Positions 57,661 to 64,000 of a stretch of DNA of 64,000 nucleotides are shown one piece after another. A model generated the notes under the pieces. That model searched no databases and was not told the DNA's origin. It saw only the letters and a list, made by a program, of their open reading frames with translations. This DNA comes from the human T2T-CHM13v2.0 reference genome, Homo sapiens. The translations under genes were made by a program, and so were the position numbers. Numbering within the stretch: position 1 is the first letter of the stretch; each line of letters opens with the position of its first letter. Location of the stretch: assembly GCF_009914755.1 (NCBI RefSeq), contig NC_060933.1. One strand, written 5' to 3'.

Positions 57661-60589
57661 AAAGATATTGCAAAAACCCAGATGCTGAATGGAACAAGAT
57701 TAGCATTTCTTCAACCTGATGGGTAAAACCTAGGCAAAGCAAATGTGTTTGGAACAAACATGCATTATTGCAAGTTTTAAGGCATTCAAATGTTTTTTGT
57801 GGAACTTCCTGAAGATTATTTAATACACTCAAATTCACAGTTGGATTCCTTTTATCACTCACAATGTACATGCCAGATTAAATGGATTAATAGTCTGACC
57901 TAATCAATTACTTATCAAACAGAACTATGTTACTGGGCTAGCTTAAAAATAGGTAGTATCCACCTAATTTTTATTGGGGTCTTTCATCCTGAAATAATTT
58001 GCTCTCCTAAAGACCAAAGTCTGCAAAGTTTGGTTCCACTACACTTACTGTATTATTTTTAACACTGAGGAATGTAACAGGTTTAAATTCAGTACAGAAA
58101 ACAAAGACCTGTAATTTAATTTTCAAGCTCAACAGAGAATTTCCTTCCTTTATCCTTAGCATAGAAAGACAAAAGGTGCTAGTTCCAATTCCTACTTGAA
58201 CCGAATTAACCAAAATTATTATGATAGTTACTTAATGGGTATAGTAAAAATAAACGACATCTAAAATGTGACCATATTCAAGAATAACTTATTTACAAGA
58301 GCATTAGAAACCTGATTCAACATAAGATCACAGAAATGCCATTTACAGAAAAAAATAAATGTTTTGCAGGTGAAAATTACTATTTTTAAAACATAGAACC
58401 AAAATTATTGTAATTGAAGTTCTGCAGCATTTATATTTATATATATTTATATTTAATACTTTTATTACTAATGCTCTCATTCAGCATCAGCATTCCTAAA
58501 TAAATGCTGGAAAATAATAGTAGCATATATAGTGTCTATAGCAATTAAGATTTCTATTAAAATTAAGACAACTAAAATGAGCAGTGCTTTTGGGGAGGAA
58601 ATTACTGACATTTAACATAAATTTAGTACAAAATGTACACAATTCCAGCTATTCTGGAGTAGATAATGAACAATATTAAGATAACTCTAACAACAACAAA
58701 AAAACACCTAAGGACATTAGGCATCTTCTAGAAAGACGATGTACAATGATGGGGCATAGTAGAAATTATTAATGCATATATATGTTACACATATATATGT
58801 ATTTTAAACATATGTTTAGTCACGTACTACATTTAAATATATGTTTAAATAGTCAGGTACTAAATTTAATTTCTTAAAACTCTGACAAAAAATATATTGA
58901 GCTGATTGCTTCACCTACGAATATAAAACACTTGGCTTTCTTCCGCCTTCACCCAGTACAAATGAAAAAACTAGTTAAGCTATAAACTGTTGTCAAACAC
59001 CAACCTTTCTTTATTTAAAACACATCTTTGTGAAAAATTTATTCATTGTAAAACACAGGGCTTTATCAAATCAATAAATCAAGTAAATGAGGAATGTAAA
59101 AAAAGTCATGATTTTCTGTATTATAAAAACGCTGCCTCTTTATTTAGGTTTGATGTTGTAATCCTCATGACTGTGTACAATAAATCTTTGTACTAAATTG
59201 ATCTGTAGAAAAATGAAGGAATGATAATAGTGTAGACTGTTCAGCAGTCATCTTCCTGTGATAACTGATGACAGTGATTAATGCTGAAGATGATTAATCA
59301 GCACACTGGTAACATATACAGGTTGGCTGAGTAACTTTTTTCACTTTTCAAAGGTGTTCTCTTAACTAATTCTTTCCTTGACTCAGAATAGATTATGAAA
59401 AACTATTACTTAAAGAAAGAAATGAAATTACTGTAATTTTTATCTTAAAGGACTAATTACCAAAAACTAAAATAAAACAATCCCTTAACACTGAAGCCAA
59501 ACTGCTGGAAAGACATACAGGACAGGAGCAAAGGGAGGCAAAGATTGGCTTAAAAGGCAGCATTATTTACAGAGCCACAAAAGAAACGAGCAGGTAGTAC
59601 TGCACCAAACAGAGTTTCCTTTAGATTTTACAGGGAGTGACAGCCAGAACAGAAATTCTTAATTTTCTTCACATCAGAAAAGACTCCAATGACAGTGTTC
59701 CTCTAGATTATCTTGCCTACACAAGAATTTTTTTCTCTCATCTCTTTTTCTTTTAATAAAAGTGCAGAATAGAGTCTTTTGCAGTTCCTAACTATTCTAA
59801 TGACAGACTCAAAGAGATCAACACATCTAAAAGAGGAAAATAATACTGTATAATAACATTGCTAATAATAGAAACAATATACCCCATTTTAAATGTACAA
59901 TATCTTAAAGAACTGAATTCTCATTACTGCCATTCTGGCAAATGTAGTGAACATGGGTGTAGGTGGACCTCAAAAAAACCTCTATATATTCATATACACA
60001 TAAATTCTGAAAACACTTGCTGTAAAACATAATGCTATTAAATTTTTACATTGATTTTCATTATATGTATATGTATATACACTTGGAATAAAGACTTGGC
60101 CAAAGGAGAAAAATGTAAACAGATTAAAGACTATAGCCAATACTGTAAATTCGGATACTTAACAGAAAAATTATTTCTCTGTAAAAATCAGTAAAATTTC
60201 AAATAAGTCATCTATACTGAATTACAAACAGTTCCACTGGTACTTATCTATGGGAACTGGTGATGCACTCCATGGATGGCTGTCCTTCCAATTTGGTATG
60301 AAGCATTTTCTTGCCTCCAGAAACAATAATTCCTTTAAAATCTCCTTACTATATAGCTATATTATCTAAAGTTGGTTATCCTAGGCTATCTCATAAATCT
60401 TTAGTTAATATCCTTAACTAGGTTTATTATAATGCTCAAAATCAACTGTAAATTCCTTACAAAAATATAGTTGTCATTATATAATATTTTAGATAAGTGT
60501 GAAATTTCATGTAATAAGTTTCATTGTCATCTCTCTCAAACTTTGGTGGTCTTCGATGGAGACTAAAATGGGGAAAAAAACTCTTCTTT

Positions 60590-62400
60590 TTCCTTGATAA
60601 TACATTAAGTGTAACATCCCAATCACTTCTTTCACCACCAAACTTGTTCAGAAGAGTTATCTACAGTCACTGTCTTCATTTCTGCCCATTCTACTCAACT
60701 GCTGACACTTTGTTATTTAGTTTCTGCCACATCCCTCCAAGAGAAGATCAACTTTTCCAAAGTCACTAAGGAACAATCTTTTAATCTGCAAATTCTATGA
60801 CCTTTTCTTATTTTTCACACTCATTGTACTATCAAATTACACTTGAAATTAATGACAATCTCTTTTATCAAAAAGCTTCCTCCTTGCCTTCCAAGACATT
60901 CATTTTTTCCGGTTTTCTTCCTACCTGTCTGGCCAATCTTTCTGTTTGCCTCAGAAGTTTAATTGCGTCCCTTTGAACAGAAAAAAAAACCAAAACAAAC
61001 AAACAAACAAAAAAGAGTTGAGCTGGGGTGTTTTTCTGCTCTCTCAACAACACTCTGTTTTTAAAACTCTGTTTTAAAGAGTTTAGCCACTAATAACTAT
61101 TATCCATATGTGAATAATTCCCAAATCTGTAACTCTAGTCAATAATCCTTCCTTCTATTGAGCTACAGTTCTAGATTTTTAACTACCCATTGAATCTCTT
61201 TAAATAGACTATCATCATTACAAGTCCACCTGTTCACATGAAATCATCAAAATTCAATTTAGATTTTCATCTTTTCTATTAAACTTTCTGCCAATAACTG
61301 CTGTTACATGCCTTGGGGAATACACAGTCTGCCCTCAATGAATTCAAATTCTACTGACGGCATAAGATAAAAGTGGTAATCTTGGGATCCAGTCATCTTG
61401 GCATCCTTTTTTCTCAAAGAAGCTAAAAGTAAGAGCCAGATTTCTTTTTTTCTCTCATCTTCCAAATTTAATAAATTACTGAGTCTGCTTCCTAATTATA
61501 TCTCAAAAATACACCCACATATCTATATCTCGCCACACAGATCCCTAGAGTTCAGGCCACTACCTATAATAGGTTCTCAGTGCCCTCAGGATAAACTGCA
61601 AACCCTTACTTAACAAGGCTTAGGAGGCTCTTTAGAATATAGCTCCTGCCTACTGTCTCCCCAAGTTTATATACAATCCAGCCTTATGGAACTACCCACA
61701 GTTCCCCAAACCTGGGGCATTTGGTTTTTTGTCTTGTTTTGTTTTTTTTTGAGACAAGGTCTCACTCTGTTGCCCAGGCTGCAGTGCAGTGGCACAAACT
61801 TGGCTCACTCTGCAGCCTCAACCTCCCAGTCCCTGGTGATCCTCCCATCTCAGCCTCCTTAGTAGCTGGGACCATGTGCACATGCCACCACGCCTGACAG
61901 CTAATTTTTTGGATTTTTTTTGTAGAGACAGGGTTTCACCATGTTGCCCACCCTAGTCTCAAAGTCCTGGACTCAAGTGATCCACCTGCCTCAGCCTCCC
62001 AAAATCCTGGGATTACAGACATGAGCCACTGACTCGGCCAACCCTGGGGACATTTGAACAGGCAGTTTCTTCTGCTTGAAACAATTTTTCCTTCTTACCT
62101 CCTCTAATCTTCACTTTGTCTTTCAGGTCTCAGGAGAAATCCTACTTTCCCGTGATAGCTTCCCAAACAACCACTGCTTTTCCATCTTGCTCTTAACAAG
62201 TCCGAATCTAGTGTCCTCCTGGTATTCCTATAGCATACTATCTTTACTCAGTACACAGCAATTATCACATCTATAGTGTAACTGTCTCTCCAACAAGACT
62301 ATAAACTCCATGAATGCATGGACTATCCTTATCTTTTTCACTTACATATGTAGCCACAGTGCCCAATATATACACAGAATCTTTGATTTGTTGAAAGAAC
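60590..62400 (+). mobile_element. Degraded L2, interrupted by an Alu
   Basis: C/T-rich L2-like ORF2 and 3' motifs (AGACTATAAACTCCATGA...CACAGTGCC...ATTTGTTGAA). Confidence 0.6.
61733..62039 (-). mobile_element. AluJ
   Basis: Reverse-complement dimer with AluJ features (GCAGCCTCAACCTCC, GATCCTCCCATCTCAGCC); TSD CCTGGGG(A)CATTT. Confidence 0.9.
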
Positions 62401-63074
62401 AATCTCCAAAGAAGATGAGTTTAAGACCCTATTGAAACATTACTATTAGAATATGCTGCACCAGAGGCATATTCTACACAATTTTTTAAAATTCTACATA
62501 AATATAATTGTATATTACAGACATTTTTAATCAAATTATTGTGTTTTTTCTTAATTTTCTAATGTGACTTCATGTTCAATTTCTATTACAATGGAATTTT
62601 ATAACAACTCCCATATTCAAAGAATTAAAAGACTCAAAAGATTTTGTGTATAGTTTTTTAAAATAAAGAAACAAGATAAGGATTAAGTAAACTCAAATGA
62701 ACGAATCAAGTCTTCAGCTATTGCTCTGAACCTTCTGACATATCATTTACTGTGTTTTAATAAGTACATCTGATTCGCTGAATTGTGGATTCAGATCCAA
62801 TGCTCTAATCATGTCATCTTAGAATAAGTGGCCTGGTATGCTTCCTTTGTTTTTATGAGACAGAAGCACTCAGATATCGTTAATTTTCATAGCTGAAATG
62901 CTAAGAATAAGTAATTAGCCTAATAGTAATTGTTCTGACTTCATCGTTAATTAACCACTTGAAATTTATTTGAGCTTGGTAACATTCAACTGATATTCTT
63001 CTATGTTCTCTTAATAATCATTGAAACTTTCTACCAAAAAAAGGTATTCTAAGAAGCCTCTAGTTACTAATTAG

Positions 63075-63300
63075 TTAACACATTTATGTAAGGACTTCAC
63101 ATACATTATTTCATCTGTACAGAAATCCTGATGTAGGTACTATTATTATCCCATTTATTATGGATGAGAAAACTGAGGCATAACTTAAATAATTAAATAT
63201 TTAATTATTTAATAATTGATAGAACTTAAATAATTCCATCAGCACCAAGGTCATATAACTTCATATAACTAGAAATAGGCAGAGTGAGAACTTGAATATG
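63075..63300 (-). mobile_element. MIR with AT-rich palindromic insertion
   Basis: GTAGGTACTATTATTATCCCATT...GATGAGAAAACTGAGGCA...CCAAGGTCA. Confidence 0.7.
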
Positions 63301-64000
63301 CTATATCACCTACTAAGTCAAGGAGCAACATGTTGTTTCATTGTTTTTTTAACCTAGCCATATGCAGTATTAGGCTAATAATATGACAACAATTTAGATG
63401 TTTAACACACCAACTATTATGTAGTCCTGTCTAGAGTCTTTTCTGTTTTCATTCTTCTATATTATGGGAATTAGATATGCTATAATTTTTTAATCCAGTT
63501 AATAGTTTTCCGTGATAGATCATCCTCTAAAAAATATCTTAATTTCATTTCCAGCAATGCAGAGTACCTGACAAGCTGACTGTCTATTCTGTAGATCTCA
63601 GCTAAGACTAATAAAAATGATTGAATCATGGAATATTCAGAGTTTCTACACTACCTCTGCTGAAGCATCAATACAGATAGGCTTGTTGGAATTTGAATTA
63701 GGGCTCAGAAAATGTTAAAAATCAATGTGCCACAGTGATTTCAGAATCTTTTCTTTCTGAAATCTCAGAGTTGAGCTCTCAGGTACACACCATAACGCCC
63801 ACTTCTAAAGGAGTAGGAATGACTGCCTGCAGCTTCTCAAGACGCCAAAAGAAGGGGCAATCTCAATTCGTTCATTCACCAATGAGCTTGTTTCAGTGAG
63901 CCTCTGGCACAGGTGCCAGGGGTTGTTGCTCCCTGACCTTTACATTTGATCACAAATTGCATTCAGCAATGGCAAGAAAATGGTATTTAACTCTCCTTCC

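Noticed and set aside
59266-59330. Box C/D snoRNA-like arrangement (TGATGA...CTGA...ATGATTA...CTGA)
   Set aside because: On the + strand, antisense to the host gene; C box lacks the purine; poor terminal stem; no convincing guide. The twin TGATTAAT could instead be homeodomain sites.

Overview
Human (primate) genomic DNA, AT-rich and repeat-dense. It lies entirely inside the RFX3 gene (regulatory factor X3, a ciliogenesis transcription factor), which is transcribed on the minus strand. Two constitutive coding exons are present: the ATG-containing exon (51251-51375; MQTSETGSDTGSTVTLQTSVASQAAVPTQVVQQVPVQQQ) and the next exon (2444-2541; VQQVQTVQQVQHVYPAQVQYVEGSDTVYTNGA), separated by a ~48.7 kb intron. 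The supplied ORF track misses both in the correct frame. The rest is intron, containing many Alus, old and young L1 pieces, MaLR/ERVL LTRs, Tigger4 and MADE1 DNA-transposon relics, MIR/L2 and a 5'-truncated RPL7 processed pseudogene. I see no new multi-gene system. The best leads are: (1) a MIR-derived candidate 5' microexon that would add an in-frame upstream ATG (MAFETI-) to RFX3; (2) a candidate alternative terminal exon giving an 85-aa RFX3 with no DNA-binding domain; (3) a ~63-bp L1HS insertion with a perfect TSD, possibly polymorphic; (4) a ~130-bp nested fold-back palindrome; (5) several templated-insertion scars. Repeat subfamily calls and old-repeat boundaries are by eye and approximate.
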